The notes: generated by a model from the sequence alone, not told the origin. 64,000 nucleotides of DNA from an uncultured virus (IMG/VR IMGVR_UViG_3300015371_000023) (IMGVR_UViG_3300015371_000023), one strand, 5' to 3'. Shown: positions 45,968 to 56,365, counted from the first letter of the stretch. Numbers and translations: made by a program.

Positions 45968-46380
45968 CCATCATGTTCCACGATGACCTTGACGTTCGAG
46001 CGCAAGCCTTCCGTGACGTCGTCCGCGACTACCCGGACCTCCCGCGCCCGCACACCACCGAGGTCAAGGGGACAGGCGAAACCGGCGTCCGGATGCAGTT
46101 CCTGCGGCTCGACGACGTGATCACCTGGTGCATCCGGTTCGGCACCCCCCTTCAGCTCAAGCCGACGACGATCTTCGTCCGCGCTTCCACCACCATCCTT
46201 GTGGAGGACGTCTTCATTCTCGCGTGGACCCAGCTCGACCCCGTCGAGGCGTGGTCGCTGTTGGTCAAGGCCGGCTACGACGCCACGGACCGCGAGTTTG
46301 AGGGGCTGTTCAAGGCCAACGGCGTAGAGATCCCTGCGAGCCACGCGTTCGCGATCTCCACGTTGGCTGCGGCCAGCTAA
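45964..46380 (+). CDS. hypothetical protein
   Basis: 138 aa, coupled start. Confidence 0.6.
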   Translation: MTIMFHDDLDVRAQAFRDVVRDYPDLPRPHTTEVKGTGETGVRMQFLRLDDVITWCIRFGTPLQLKPTTIFVRASTTILVEDVFILAWTQLDPVEAWSLLVKAGYDATDREFEGLFKANGVEIPASHAFAISTLAAAS

Positions 46381-46452
46381 CAAGACCGAGGTGGGGCGTG
46401 TTGTGCCCCGACCGCGCACGCCCCACCTCTTCCCACCTTCAAGGAGTACCAC

Positions 46453-46740
46453 ATGCCCGTCACGCTTTCAGGGCGTCTGCCCGCCAATCACGGTCTCGCC
46501 GACCTGCTCTACACCCTCGTGGAGCACCCGGGGCACGAGCATTACGTTGTCGCGCGCCTCAAGTGCAGCAAGACCACCAAGCTCGCGAAGGATGGCTCCA
46601 TCACCGCAGAGGTGTGCCTGACGGCGATCGAGGCACCGGATCCCAACATGAGGGCCGACGCCGCAGCGGATCTTCAGAAGCTGTTGACTGAGCTGCAAGA
46701 GCAGCGAACCGGAGAGGTCCCGCTGCCCCTCGACGGCTAG
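46453..46740 (+). CDS. hypothetical phage protein
   Basis: AAGGAG RBS; C-terminal RTG...LP. Confidence 0.7.
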   Translation: MPVTLSGRLPANHGLADLLYTLVEHPGHEHYVVARLKCSKTTKLAKDGSITAEVCLTAIEAPDPNMRADAAADLQKLLTELQEQRTGEVPLPLDG

Positions 46741-46785
46741 CATTGCCGACCCCACCCAACTACGACCCGCAGGCAGGGATCAGAT

Positions 46786-47268
46786 ACGACCGATCAGGCA
46801 CTCGACACCCGCGAACAAGCGGCACAGCTGGCAGTACTGAAGGCTCTGAAGTCTCGCATCCGAGACCTTGAAATCCAGATCTCCGAGGCCTTCCTGTCCA
46901 TTTTGGACGAAGGCGACTCGAAGGCCGCGACCCTCCCCGACGGGGTGCGGCTCGGAAAGATCACCAAGACCCGCGGCCGCGTGACCCCCACGGTTACCGA
47001 CGAAGCCGCCCTCCTGCGCTGGGTCCAGACGAACTACCCGAGCGAGATCCAGCCGACCGTCCGGCCGGCGTTCCTCGCCCGGATCTTTGACTCCCTCAAG
47101 ACGCACGGAGCGCCGGTCGACGTTCGCACTGGTGAGGTCATTCCCGGGATCGAGGCCCGACACGGCGACCCGTACGTGAGCTTCCGCAGTGAACCGGGCT
47201 ACCAGGAGATTGTGGCCAAGCGGTGGCACGAGCTCGTCGGCCCCCGCCTGTTGGACGGTGAGGCCTGA
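46786..47268 (+). CDS. recombination-associated protein (gp157/Gam-like); start codon unclear
   Basis: VTDEAALLRWV..P, TGEVIPGIE; frame is open well upstream of TTG 46903. Confidence 0.6.
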   Translation, partial: TTDQALDTREQAAQLAVLKALKSRIRDLEIQISEAFLSILDEGDSKAATLPDGVRLGKITKTRGRVTPTVTDEAALLRWVQTNYPSEIQPTVRPAFLARIFDSLKTHGAPVDVRTGEVIPGIEARHGDPYVSFRSEPGYQEIVAKRWHELVGPRLLDGEA

Positions 47269-47840
47269 TGGCCGGCGACCTGGGCGACTACAACGACGTC
47301 GCCACGCGGATCGCGGAGTTCCGTACGAAGTGGCCCGAAGGCTGCCTCCGGCCGGCGGACCTTGACACGCCGTACGCCATCGAGCACATCGGAGAGCAGG
47401 CGTACATCGTCGTCGTGGCTGCCGCGTACCGGACCCCCGAGGATCCGACCCCTGGTGTTGGCATGGCCTACGAGCCCGTACCCGGCCGCACGCCCTACAC
47501 GAAGTTTTCTGAGCTCCAGAACGCGGAGACCGCCGCGTGGGGGCGCGCGATCGTCGCTGCGCTGGCGGCTGATACCCGCAAGGGGGTTGCCTCCCACGAG
47601 GAAGTCCGCAACCGCACGGCCGAACGGGACGTCGACCCGGAAGCGGAAGTCTTGCGAGCCCAGATCAAGGCCCTTGCCGCCGTGCGAAAGTGGCCGCTGC
47701 GCGACGTTGCGCATGAGTTCGACCTGCACACCGGCGGCGATATCCGTGACGCGTCAGCAGAGGAGCTCACGCGCTTCCTGACAGACCTCCGTGCTGTCGG
47801 GATGGGTGTTTCGCTCGCCAGCGGCGAGGAGGCCTCATGA
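47268..47840 (+). CDS. putative single-strand annealing recombinase
   Basis: DY.DVA.RI.EFR.K.PEG, ELQNAETAAWGRAI, ASHEEV. Confidence 0.65.
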   Translation: MAGDLGDYNDVATRIAEFRTKWPEGCLRPADLDTPYAIEHIGEQAYIVVVAAAYRTPEDPTPGVGMAYEPVPGRTPYTKFSELQNAETAAWGRAIVAALAADTRKGVASHEEVRNRTAERDVDPEAEVLRAQIKALAAVRKWPLRDVAHEFDLHTGGDIRDASAEELTRFLTDLRAVGMGVSLASGEEAS

Positions 47841-48064
47841 CCGGCCTCACTCACACGCAGCAGGGCATCATGCACTACCTGCGTACCTACATCAAGGATG
47901 TGGGTTACCCGCCCAGCGTCCAGGAGATCGCCGACGGCGTGAAGCTCCGCTCCAAGTCGTCGGTTCTGTACCAGCTGCGGACCCTCGAAGCCCTCGGCCA
48001 CATCCGCCGTGACCACAACAGGCCGCGTGGGCTGGTGATCCTGGCGGAAGAGGCGACGCCGTGA
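47837..48064 (+). CDS. LexA N-terminal-like winged HTH protein (no protease domain)
   Basis: GYPPSVQEIA..V.L.S.SSV.YQL..LE..G.IRR....PRG. Confidence 0.88.
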   Translation: MTGLTHTQQGIMHYLRTYIKDVGYPPSVQEIADGVKLRSKSSVLYQLRTLEALGHIRRDHNRPRGLVILAEEATP

Positions 48065-48426
48065 CCGAACCCCTGGACCACCTGGGAAACGTCAGCCGCC
48101 AGTACCAGCTCAAGGCGCAGGAGTACCGCGAAGTCCTTGTCTCCGCGGCAAAAGCCGAAGCCGCACACAAGTCCGCGCGGGCACAGGCAATTCTGCGCGC
48201 CAAGGCCGAGGGTGACCGCGTCTCCCACGCGACGGCCGAGACGATCGCCGAGGCCGACGACCAGATCGCCTCCCTCTACCTGACTCGGTTGGTCACCGCA
48301 GCTGAAGCAGAAGCGCACAAAGCGCAACTGCTCCAGCTCCGCGAGCAGGTCGCGAACGGCAGGACGGTCGTTGCCTCAGCCCGAGAAGTCGACAAGATGC
48401 ACGCTGAAGGACGCGCGGGCATCTAG
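48061..48426 (+). CDS. helical hypothetical protein
   Basis: Coupled ORF, coiled-coil character. Confidence 0.65.
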   Translation: MTEPLDHLGNVSRQYQLKAQEYREVLVSAAKAEAAHKSARAQAILRAKAEGDRVSHATAETIAEADDQIASLYLTRLVTAAEAEAHKAQLLQLREQVANGRTVVASAREVDKMHAEGRAGI

Positions 48427-48446
48427 CGATCCATAAAGGACATACC

Positions 48447-48737
48447 ATGCGCATCCTCATCGGGGTCGCTGCTGCTGTCGTACTGCTGGGCAGCGTCACG
48501 GCGTGTGCCCGCACCATCGACCCGGCCGCCACGAACGCCACACTCGTTCCCGGAACGAGCAGCCTGTACCGGTTCTGCGACGGCGCGAACCTGATCTACT
48601 TCTCCAAGGTCGACGGCGACCACGACCAGTTCGAATTCTTCGTCCCGGCTGGATGCGACGCGCCACCGCCCGTTGTCACGGCGCCGTCCACTGCCCCGTC
48701 CACGACCGCGACGGCAACCATTGGCGGTGGCCGATGA
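48447..48737 (+). CDS. putative lipoprotein
   Basis: Signal peptide with lipobox-like VTAC. Confidence 0.6.
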   Translation: MRILIGVAAAVVLLGSVTACARTIDPAATNATLVPGTSSLYRFCDGANLIYFSKVDGDHDQFEFFVPAGCDAPPPVVTAPSTAPSTTATATIGGGR

Positions 48738-49174
48738 CCGACACCCGCCGCTGGCGCGTCGGCACCCACTACGGCATCCACGGCTACGCCGAGAACGCCG
48801 ACAAGTTCGACGACGAGGACGAACCGATCTTCACGGCGCATACTCGCGCCATCGCAGAGCAGATCGTCTTCGATCACAACGCGCTGCACCTGCACCTCGC
48901 CAACGACGGCCGACCGGCGGACATCGAGGTTGGCGGCTTGCTGCATGAGATCGCCAAACTCAAGCGGAAAGCCGAACGCCTGGAGCGCCGCAACGAGGAC
49001 TTGCAGGAGCGCGGGCTGCGCCTGGCCGGTCAGCTGCTGCGGGCCAACGGCGAACTACACGAATTCCGTGTTCGGCTGGTGCAACTGGCCGGTGGGGATG
49101 CCTCCCAGATGCCCCGAATGCTGGAGGCCACGACCGCGGAGGACTACGGGGTCGACGGGGCGGACTGCGCATGA
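48734..49174 (+). CDS. hypothetical protein
   Basis: WRVG.HY N-terminus and coiled coil; coupled. Confidence 0.6.
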   Translation: MTDTRRWRVGTHYGIHGYAENADKFDDEDEPIFTAHTRAIAEQIVFDHNALHLHLANDGRPADIEVGGLLHEIAKLKRKAERLERRNEDLQERGLRLAGQLLRANGELHEFRVRLVQLAGGDASQMPRMLEATTAEDYGVDGADCA

Positions 49175-49539
49175 ACAGCACGCAGGCCCGCCGCGTGGTT
49201 GCCGCGCGTAGCGACGGACTCTGCGAGGTGTGCGGTAGAGCCAAGGCGACGAACATCCAGCACCGGAAGAACCGTTCGCAGGGTGGCACGTGGGACATCT
49301 CGAACCTGTTGCACGTCTGCGGGTCGGGTACCACCGGATGCCACGGCTACATCCATGCGAACCCGCTCAAGGCCTACGCCAACGGGTGGAGCGTGCGCGG
49401 AGCACTCACGCCCGCCGACATGCCCGCGTTGCTGTGGAAGCACTTCGGCCGGATCTACGTCTGGTTGAGCGACGACGGCAGCTGGAACCCCGTCGACTTC
49501 ACCGAAACCGCCTGTAGGCAGGGAAAGGACATCGCGTGA
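49171..49539 (+). CDS. HNH endonuclease
   Basis: CEVC..QHRKNRSQGG....NLLHVCG.GTTGCH. Confidence 0.85.
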   Translation: MNSTQARRVVAARSDGLCEVCGRAKATNIQHRKNRSQGGTWDISNLLHVCGSGTTGCHGYIHANPLKAYANGWSVRGALTPADMPALLWKHFGRIYVWLSDDGSWNPVDFTETACRQGKDIA

Positions 49540-50402
49540 CGGCCCTGGTGTGGCGCCCCGAAGACGCAATCGCGCATCCCGCGGCGGAGCTGTTTCCCCT
49601 GATGTCCGAGGACGAGTTTCACGAGCTGACCGAAGACATCCGTACGAACGGGCTGCTGGAAGCAATCGTCCTGACCCCGTCCGGGCAGGTCCTCGACGGC
49701 CGACACCGGTTGATGGCGTGCCGTGAGGCGGGCATTGAACCGACCTTCTCAACGCACGCCGGCGACCCCTGGATTTTCGTCATCAGCGCCAACCTGCACC
49801 GCCGCCACCTCACCGACACTCAGCGGGCCGTCGTCGCGGGAAAGATCGCGAGCCGCGGCCCCGGGGAACGTGAACGGGATTCAAATGCCTCACCTGAGGC
49901 ATTTGAACACCCCGCCCCGGCACAGAAGGAGGCGGCAGACCTGCTCAAGGTCTCGCGCTCAGCCGTCCAGCGTGCCCGCAGCGTGCTCCAGCGGGGCACA
50001 CCCGCGATGGCGGCGCTCGTCGAGGAAGGGAAGGTCCCGCTCGCCACCGCGGACCGCGTTGTCCGGCTGCCGGCTGCCGAGCAGGACGAGTTCGTCAAGA
50101 AGGTCAGCGGCGGAATGCGCCCCCGCGGCGCTGCGCCACCGGAGAAGGAGGGCCTCGAAGGGACCCGACGCCTCCGCACACCGGCCAAGAAGGACACAGG
50201 CGTCATTGCGCGAGACGCGCTCCAGGCCATCGCCAGCGACATGAACGGCCTGGAGCTGGCGGTCAAGGGCATCACCACCGCCGACCCCGGTCTGTCCGAT
50301 GAGGACAGGAAGGCGTTCGACCGCGCGTTGACGAAGGGGATTCGCGCACTGTCAAAGATCCGCAGGTGCCTGCGGGTTGTCAACGAAGAAGGGCAGCCAT
50401 GA
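49536..50402 (+). CDS. ParB/Srx N-terminal domain protein with HTH
   Basis: HPAAELFP.M, L.EDIR.NGL..AI, LDGRHRL.AC, N.HRRHLT. Confidence 0.85.
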   Translation: MTALVWRPEDAIAHPAAELFPLMSEDEFHELTEDIRTNGLLEAIVLTPSGQVLDGRHRLMACREAGIEPTFSTHAGDPWIFVISANLHRRHLTDTQRAVVAGKIASRGPGERERDSNASPEAFEHPAPAQKEAADLLKVSRSAVQRARSVLQRGTPAMAALVEEGKVPLATADRVVRLPAAEQDEFVKKVSGGMRPRGAAPPEKEGLEGTRRLRTPAKKDTGVIARDALQAIASDMNGLELAVKGITTADPGLSDEDRKAFDRALTKGIRALSKIRRCLRVVNEEGQP

Positions 50403-51196
50403 AAGAACCCAAGATCGAGGCCATTCGGGTGGACCACCTCACGGTGGACCGCCGCGTGCAGCGCACCATCGACACCGGCCGAGCGCGCAGCATCGCCGCG
50501 GAGCTCGACTTTGCGGCACTCGGAACCCTCATCGTCAGCCACCGCGAGGACGGCACCTACCACGTGGTGGATGGCCAGACCCGGGTGGCAGCGCTGAAGG
50601 AGGCCGGCCACGGCGAGTACGAGGCGGACTGCAAAGTTTTCACCGGCCTCACGCTCGCCGAAGAGGCCCGGTTGTTCCGCCTGTACAACAACACCAAGAC
50701 CGTCAAGCCCACCACCAAGTTCATCATCCGGGTGGTCGAAGGCGAGGCGAAGGCCGTCGCCATGAACCAGGTACTGGAGCGCAACGGCTGGAAGGTCACC
50801 GGCGCCGTCAGCCGGGGGCATTTCAGCGCCGTGAGCGCCTTGGAGTGGGTCTACGAGGGTGCCAAGATCTACGAGAGCGGCAACCTCGATGCCTGCGAGA
50901 CCGTGGTCAACGTGCTCACCGTGGCGTTCGGTATGAACGAGAACGGCGTCCGGGCCGAACTGATCAAGGGCTTGGGTCTGGTGGTTCTCCGGTACGGGGA
51001 CGAGCTCGACTTGCGCAAGTTGGCCACGGACCTGTCCACCCACGACGGCGGACCGCTCGGCGTCATCGGCGACGCCCGTCAGATGCGCCGGTTGCGCAGC
51101 GCCAACATCGCCGACGCCATGGCCGAGGTTCTCGTGGGCATGGTGAACAAGGGGCGGCGAACCAAGCGCATCCCCGAGTGGCGCGAGGCCGCCTGA
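50399..51196 (+). CDS. ParB-like (DUF6551-type) protein
   Basis: L.VD..VQR, YHVVDGQTR..A, EEA.LF...N. Confidence 0.75.
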   Translation: MKEPKIEAIRVDHLTVDRRVQRTIDTGRARSIAAELDFAALGTLIVSHREDGTYHVVDGQTRVAALKEAGHGEYEADCKVFTGLTLAEEARLFRLYNNTKTVKPTTKFIIRVVEGEAKAVAMNQVLERNGWKVTGAVSRGHFSAVSALEWVYEGAKIYESGNLDACETVVNVLTVAFGMNENGVRAELIKGLGLVVLRYGDELDLRKLATDLSTHDGGPLGVIGDARQMRRLRSANIADAMAEVLVGMVNKGRRTKRIPEWREAA

Positions 51197-51254
51197 ACGG
51201 GCGCACAGATGTTCACACAGCCGCCTTAGAGGCATCGAGGATGAGGTACGTCGG

Positions 51255-52049
51255 GTGGTGTGGTTCAAGGTTGACGACGGGTTTTACGACCACCCCAAGG
51301 TCTTCGATCTATCGGACAGCGCTGTGGCGCTCTGGACTCGGGCCGGCAGTTGGGCTTCGCGAAACACCACTGACGGTTTCGTCCCGTCCAACCTGCCCGC
51401 CCGTTTCTGCGGCGACCCCGAGACAGCTGTTCGAGAACTCGTAGATCGCAGGTTGTGGCGACGAACCCGCGGAGGCTTTCAGTTCCACGATTGGCAGGAT
51501 TACAACCCGCTCGCGGAGACCGTGACCGACAAGCGCGAGAAGGCGCGCAAACGGATGCGAAAACTCCGCGAAGCCCGCCGCGAAGAAACGATAATTGCTG
51601 GTAGTGACGCAGATGGTTCGCGCGAACTTCGCGAGAACTTCGCCGTCACAACCCGCGAACGTTCGCGCGAACTTCGCGACCCCCGACCCGTACCCGTACC
51701 CAAAGGTTCTTCTGACGAAGAACCTTCACCACCGATCCGGCGGACGACCAAGACCCGAGGAGACCCTGAGTTCGAACTGTTCTACGCCGCCTACCCGAAG
51801 CACGTGGGGCGCAAGGCGGCAGAGACGGCCTGGAAGAAGGCCACCCACTCAGCTGACCCACAGGCCATCATCGCCGGCGCGAAGCGCTACGCGGACGAAC
51901 GAGCGGGCCAGAACCCGCAATACACGAAACAGCCCGCGACCTGGCTCAACCAGGGCTGCTGGGAAGACGACCCACAGCCCCGACCAACCCAGGGACACCT
52001 CGGGTTCCGCAACCCCACCGACCCCAACGACTACTACGGAGAGCTCTAG
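51255..52049 (+). CDS. phage replication initiator
   Basis: WFKVDD.FYDHPK, FHDW.DYN, F..FY.AYP...G.K.A, PATWLN...W.D. Confidence 0.85.
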   Translation: MVWFKVDDGFYDHPKVFDLSDSAVALWTRAGSWASRNTTDGFVPSNLPARFCGDPETAVRELVDRRLWRRTRGGFQFHDWQDYNPLAETVTDKREKARKRMRKLREARREETIIAGSDADGSRELRENFAVTTRERSRELRDPRPVPVPKGSSDEEPSPPIRRTTKTRGDPEFELFYAAYPKHVGRKAAETAWKKATHSADPQAIIAGAKRYADERAGQNPQYTKQPATWLNQGCWEDDPQPRPTQGHLGFRNPTDPNDYYGEL

Positions 52050-52705
52050 TGATGACGATGCCCGTGCCGAGCTTGCCGGCCGCGCTGGGCGCCGACCCCG
52101 CGATCGTGGCCGACAACATCAGCGAGGCCGAGGCGCGACTGGCGAAGACCATCCCGAGCCGCTACCAGACCGCCGAGCCCACCGACCCCGCGGTTCACCG
52201 GTGGGTGACGGACGTCGTGGCCGGCGCGAAGCAGCATCACTACCCGGTGCTTCGCGAAGGCCCGTCGCTGCTGCTCCTCGGGCCGACCGGAACCGGCAAG
52301 ACATTCCAGGCCTACGGCGCGATCCGATACCTGGCGCTGGCCGGCGCGCGGTTCTCCTGGGCGTTCACCACCGCCGCCGACGCCTACGCCCGACTCCGGC
52401 CCCGCCCGACCGTCGACCAGGAGGAGACGTTCCTCCGCCTGGCCAACGTCGCTGTCCTCGTCCTCGACGACCTGGGCGCCGCGAAGGCGAGCGAGTGGAC
52501 CGAGGAAGTCAACTACCGCCTGATCAACCACCGCTACGAACGTCAGCTGGCGACCCTCATCACCAGCAACGTCCCTGCGGGACAGCTCAGAGCCGACCTC
52601 GGCGACCGGGTCGCGTCCCGGCTCGTCGAAATGGCTGCACGTGCTGTCCTCGCCGGCCCCGACCGGCGCCGCAACATCCACCGAGCAGAACAGGAATCAG
52701 CATGA
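52049..52705 (+). CDS. DnaC/IstB-like AAA+ helicase loader
   Basis: GPTGTGKT, LVLDDLG, T.ITSN, RVASRL. Confidence 0.92.
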   Translation: MMTMPVPSLPAALGADPAIVADNISEAEARLAKTIPSRYQTAEPTDPAVHRWVTDVVAGAKQHHYPVLREGPSLLLLGPTGTGKTFQAYGAIRYLALAGARFSWAFTTAADAYARLRPRPTVDQEETFLRLANVAVLVLDDLGAAKASEWTEEVNYRLINHRYERQLATLITSNVPAGQLRADLGDRVASRLVEMAARAVLAGPDRRRNIHRAEQESA

Positions 52706-52893
52706 AGTTCATCAAGAACGCCACCGACGTCGTTCGCCTGGCCACGGCCGTCCTCATGGGCATCAGCGCCGGCCTGGCCCTGGCGCGCAATACCCGCGAA
52801 CTCGTCCGCGACGTCGCGGAGGACGACGGCCTCATGGAGAAGCTCGTCCACGCCCAGCGTGCGCGCCGCAAGGCCGGGGAGGAAGCCAAGTGA
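52702..52893 (+). CDS. small membrane-associated protein
   Basis: Hydrophobic LATAVLMGISAGLALA; coupled. Confidence 0.5.
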   Translation: MKFIKNATDVVRLATAVLMGISAGLALARNTRELVRDVAEDDGLMEKLVHAQRARRKAGEEAK

Positions 52894-53174
52894 GCACGGT
52901 CTACGTCTCCATCGGCAACTCCGATGATCGGCTGCCACAGCTGAAGTGGGCGACCTACGTCCAGGAGCTCCGCCACATCATGCGACTGCTCGCCACGGAG
53001 ATTCACGGCGACTGGTACTCCGCACCGGACTCGCCGTACCAGAACGCGTGCATCGCCGTGGCGGTCTCGGACGAGGCCCGCGGCACCCTCCGCGAGAAGC
53101 TGGAAATCCTGCGCGCCCTGTACGACCAGAAGGTGATTGCCTGGGCCGAGTGCCCCGAGACGGAGTTCCTGTAA
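52890..53174 (+). CDS. hypothetical phage protein
   Basis: [18 protein letters not shown]. Confidence 0.65.
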   Translation: MSTVYVSIGNSDDRLPQLKWATYVQELRHIMRLLATEIHGDWYSAPDSPYQNACIAVAVSDEARGTLREKLEILRALYDQKVIAWAECPETEFL

Positions 53175-53593
53175 TGGCCGGAGAAACCAAGATCACCATC
53201 GTTGGAAACCTGACCGCCGACCCGGAAATCCGCTTCACCGCAGGGGGTTCGGCGGTGGCGAACTTCACCGTCGCGTCGACGCCGCGCACCTTCGACAGCC
53301 AGGCCGGCAAGTGGAAGGACGGCGAACCGCTGTTCCTCCGATGCAGCATCTGGAACACGGCCGCTGAGAACGTCGCTGAGTGCCTCGCCAAGGGCGCCCG
53401 CGTCGTTGTCCTCGGCAGCATCGTCCAGCGCTCCTACACCCCCTCTGAGGGCGAGAAGCGGACCGTGGTGGAGCTGCGCGCTGACGAAGTCGGCCCGTCG
53501 CTGCGTTACGCCACCTGCAAGATCCAGAAGGCAACGCGCTCCGCGGGCGCAGCCGGATCGGATCAGTGGGCGAGCGACGACCCCCCGTTCTGA
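53174..53593 (+). CDS. ssb: single-stranded DNA-binding protein
   Basis: [32 protein letters not shown]; acidic DDPPF tail. Confidence 0.95.
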   Translation: MAGETKITIVGNLTADPEIRFTAGGSAVANFTVASTPRTFDSQAGKWKDGEPLFLRCSIWNTAAENVAECLAKGARVVVLGSIVQRSYTPSEGEKRTVVELRADEVGPSLRYATCKIQKATRSAGAAGSDQWASDDPPF

Positions 53594-53844
53594 TGGCCTT
53601 CATCCGGATCTGGTTCGTGCCTCGGTCCCACACGTGGGGCAACCGGGGGGCGGCCTACCGCTGGCGCTGCGACATTTGTCCGCACAGCACGGGGACGCAC
53701 CACTTCGACCGCTTCACCGACCGCATCCGGTACCGGCCCGACACCCACCCGTGGCGACGGTGCATCGACGCCGTGGATCGCCACATCTGCAACTACCACC
53801 GCGGCCTGATAGGGCCGCTGACGAAACGAAAGGAGCCGACGTGA
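53593..53844 (+). CDS. small Cys/His-rich protein
   Basis: WRCDIC..H...H; coupled. Confidence 0.5.
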   Translation: MAFIRIWFVPRSHTWGNRGAAYRWRCDICPHSTGTHHFDRFTDRIRYRPDTHPWRRCIDAVDRHICNYHRGLIGPLTKRKEPT

Positions 53845-54032
53845 GCTCCGCAGGCTCCACCCCGGAGTCTCCAACCGCGATCCTCCGCCAGATCCAGGTG
53901 GATACCCGCATGACCGTGACGATTCTTCAGCAGATCTACAGTGCGCTGCTGTACATGAACAAACGCGGCGACCGCGTGGCCGGCGAGATCCTGAACGTGC
54001 TCGCCGAAGCACAGGAAGAGCCCGAGCCGTGA
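53841..54032 (+). CDS. hypothetical protein
   Basis: GTG after AAGGAG. Confidence 0.55.
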   Translation: MSSAGSTPESPTAILRQIQVDTRMTVTILQQIYSALLYMNKRGDRVAGEILNVLAEAQEEPEP

Positions 54033-54571
54033 CCCCCGAGGCGATCGGCCGGGCAGCTCGGATCAAGGGCATCAAGGCCGAGCGGGACCTGGCGGCATAC
54101 CTGCGGACCTGGTGGCCCGACGCCGAGCGCGCCGTGGTCACCGGCTTCCGCTCCGGCGAGCACGTTAGCGCCGACCAGGGCGATATCCGCGGGGCCGGGA
54201 ACGTGGTCTGGCAGTGCAAGCACGTCGCCACCCTGTCGGACACCCAGGTGATCGAGATCCTGGAGCAGACCCGCAACCAGACCTACGCGGCGGGCGCGGC
54301 CTACGGGATCTTCGTCCAGCGCCGCCAGGGCAAGACACACCCCGGCCACTGGTGGGCCTGGCTCAACCTCGACGAACTCAGCCAGTTGGCCAGCTCCGGC
54401 CGCTACAACCTCGGGCCGGGCCGGCACCCATACCGCTACCCGTTCACCGGTCGGCGGATGCCGCCCGTGCGGATGCTGCTCGCCGACGTGGTCGAGCTGC
54501 TGATCGACGCAGGATACGGAGAGGAGGACACGTGGACCCGCATTGCCCGGGATGTGAATCAGGCGACGTGA
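54029..54571 (+). CDS. PD-(D/E)XK Holliday-junction-resolvase-like nuclease
   Basis: KG..AER.LA.YL...WPDAER, DQGDI.G...WQCK. Confidence 0.7.
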   Translation: MTPEAIGRAARIKGIKAERDLAAYLRTWWPDAERAVVTGFRSGEHVSADQGDIRGAGNVVWQCKHVATLSDTQVIEILEQTRNQTYAAGAAYGIFVQRRQGKTHPGHWWAWLNLDELSQLASSGRYNLGPGRHPYRYPFTGRRMPPVRMLLADVVELLIDAGYGEEDTWTRIARDVNQAT

Positions 54572-54702
54572 TCGGCGTGGAGGTTCGAGGCGTCTACGAC
54601 GGCGTCCTCTACTGGATGTGCGAAGCGTGCGGCCTGAGGTACCACCGATTCCCCGAGGGGCACTGGCTCCGCCCGCGAGCTGAAAGGCACATCGACGAAT
54701 GA
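54532..54702 (+). CDS. small zinc-ribbon protein
   Basis: CPGC..GVYDGVLYW.C..CG. Confidence 0.6.
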   Translation: MDPHCPGCESGDVIGVEVRGVYDGVLYWMCEACGLRYHRFPEGHWLRPRAERHIDE

Positions 54703-55070
54703 CGCGAACTGGCTTCTACGCCAGCCTCGGCTTTGTCCTATGGGTGTTGTGCCTGTTCCTCTGGACGGTATTCGGTGGCGTGTGGTGGCTCATCTTGGGA
54801 GGAATTGCGTTGATGCTGTGCTTTCTGCGATGCGAGAGGTACTGAGAGGACGACCTGCGATGAACAATGTTGAGCCGCGAGCGGAGATCCGCATGGCTGC
54901 GCACGAGCTTCGAGAGCTGTACGTTGCACTCCTGGCCGCAGGGTTCGACCAGGCCCAAGCGTTGACGATTCTCGGACACCTCGTCGCCACAAAGAAGGCG
55001 TGACACAGCGAACCCCCCGGGGAAGGGGGGCCGGGGGGTTCGCATGAAGGGGATTATCGGCAGCCAGCCA

Positions 55071-55820
55071 ATGAACCATTTCGGAGCCTACCCTACGGAG
55101 GACGAAATGGACCACCGGTGCCGCCGAGGACAGTACTGTGACAACCGCGAAACAGTCGACGGCGCGGTGGTGGGCCGCGCCATCCACGCCGAACACGGCT
55201 TCTGCGACGCCTGCACCCGGCAGGGGGAGCGCGCCGTCCACGACCTACCCCAGGACTACGTCCGGCTCAACCTCATCCTCGGGAAGGGCCGCACCGTCGG
55301 CGGCGAACCGGTCCGAATGACCAAAGAACTCCCGGTACCCATCCGGCTCCACATCGAAGCCCTGCAACGGAACATGGTCGACGAGACCGACGCGTGGGCG
55401 CACAGCTTGTCCCGCGTCCTCAACGTCGACTGGCAGGCTGGCGGCACCCGGCCGAGCTGGCGCCTCGATCGGGGATGCCGGCTCATCTGCGGTGCACTGA
55501 CCGCGTTCCTTTCCCTCCGCGACGAGAAGCACATCATCTGGGAATACGGCCACCGCTACGTTGCCGCGCGCGACGGCCTCGACGGCGGCCTGAAGTTCAT
55601 GTCGCTCAGCCACAAAGCCCAGCTCTTCCTCGGGCAAACGAAGCTCATCCACCGACTCCCGGTGCCGTGCCCCCGCTGCGACGCGATGGACCTCGTGCGC
55701 GAAGACGGCAGCGACATCATCGAGTGCCGTGACTGCACCAAGAAGTACACATGGGACGAGTACCAGCACCTCTGCCTGATCCTCGTCGACCGCGAAGAGA
55801 AGGGCCTGAACGTCGCATGA
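55071..55820 (+). CDS. zinc-binding phage protein (possible late activator)
   Basis: CRRG..C, CDAC, CPRC..CRDC; at the end of the replication operon. Confidence 0.65.
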   Translation: MNHFGAYPTEDEMDHRCRRGQYCDNRETVDGAVVGRAIHAEHGFCDACTRQGERAVHDLPQDYVRLNLILGKGRTVGGEPVRMTKELPVPIRLHIEALQRNMVDETDAWAHSLSRVLNVDWQAGGTRPSWRLDRGCRLICGALTAFLSLRDEKHIIWEYGHRYVAARDGLDGGLKFMSLSHKAQLFLGQTKLIHRLPVPCPRCDAMDLVREDGSDIIECRDCTKKYTWDEYQHLCLILVDREEKGLNVA

Positions 55821-56365
55821 ACCGACCACGGGAGATCATTCCAGGCTGGGAGGGAGCGGTTGGCCCGTTCCCCAGCGAATACGGCAAGCCCCACGTATAT
55901 GCCCGCGATGTCCACTCGGGGGCGGGAAACTGCGTGTGCGGCTGGGACCTCGGCTACCGCCTGCACATCCAGGCGGCTCCGGGCATTCCCGTGCCAGAGG
56001 ACATGCGGTGAAGCGGCGCACCGTCTACGCCGCGGAGCGGGATGTCCACGGTCGTTGGCGCCGGCTCTACTGCTGGACACAGAAGGCCGGCGCCGTCCGG
56101 AAGATCAAGCGCATCGGCAACCGACGCGAACGTCGTGAAGGCCGCGCGCAAGCCCGCAGCGGAGGTGACGAATGAAGATCCACGCCGACTCGACGAACGA
56201 CTACTACCTAATCAAGTACTTGTCGACCAGCCGAGGGCAAACCCCCCGGTACTTCGGGTTGCACGCCGCAGACCCGCGGGAGGCCGTAGCCGCGTTCCGG
56301 AGACTGTTCCCTCGCGGCATCGTCGTCGACGTGTTCCCCCCGCCGGTTCCCCCGCAGGCCTGGGC

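Noticed and set aside
47837..48064. Calling this gene lexA
   Set aside because: Only the DNA-binding domain is present; there is no autoprotease domain.
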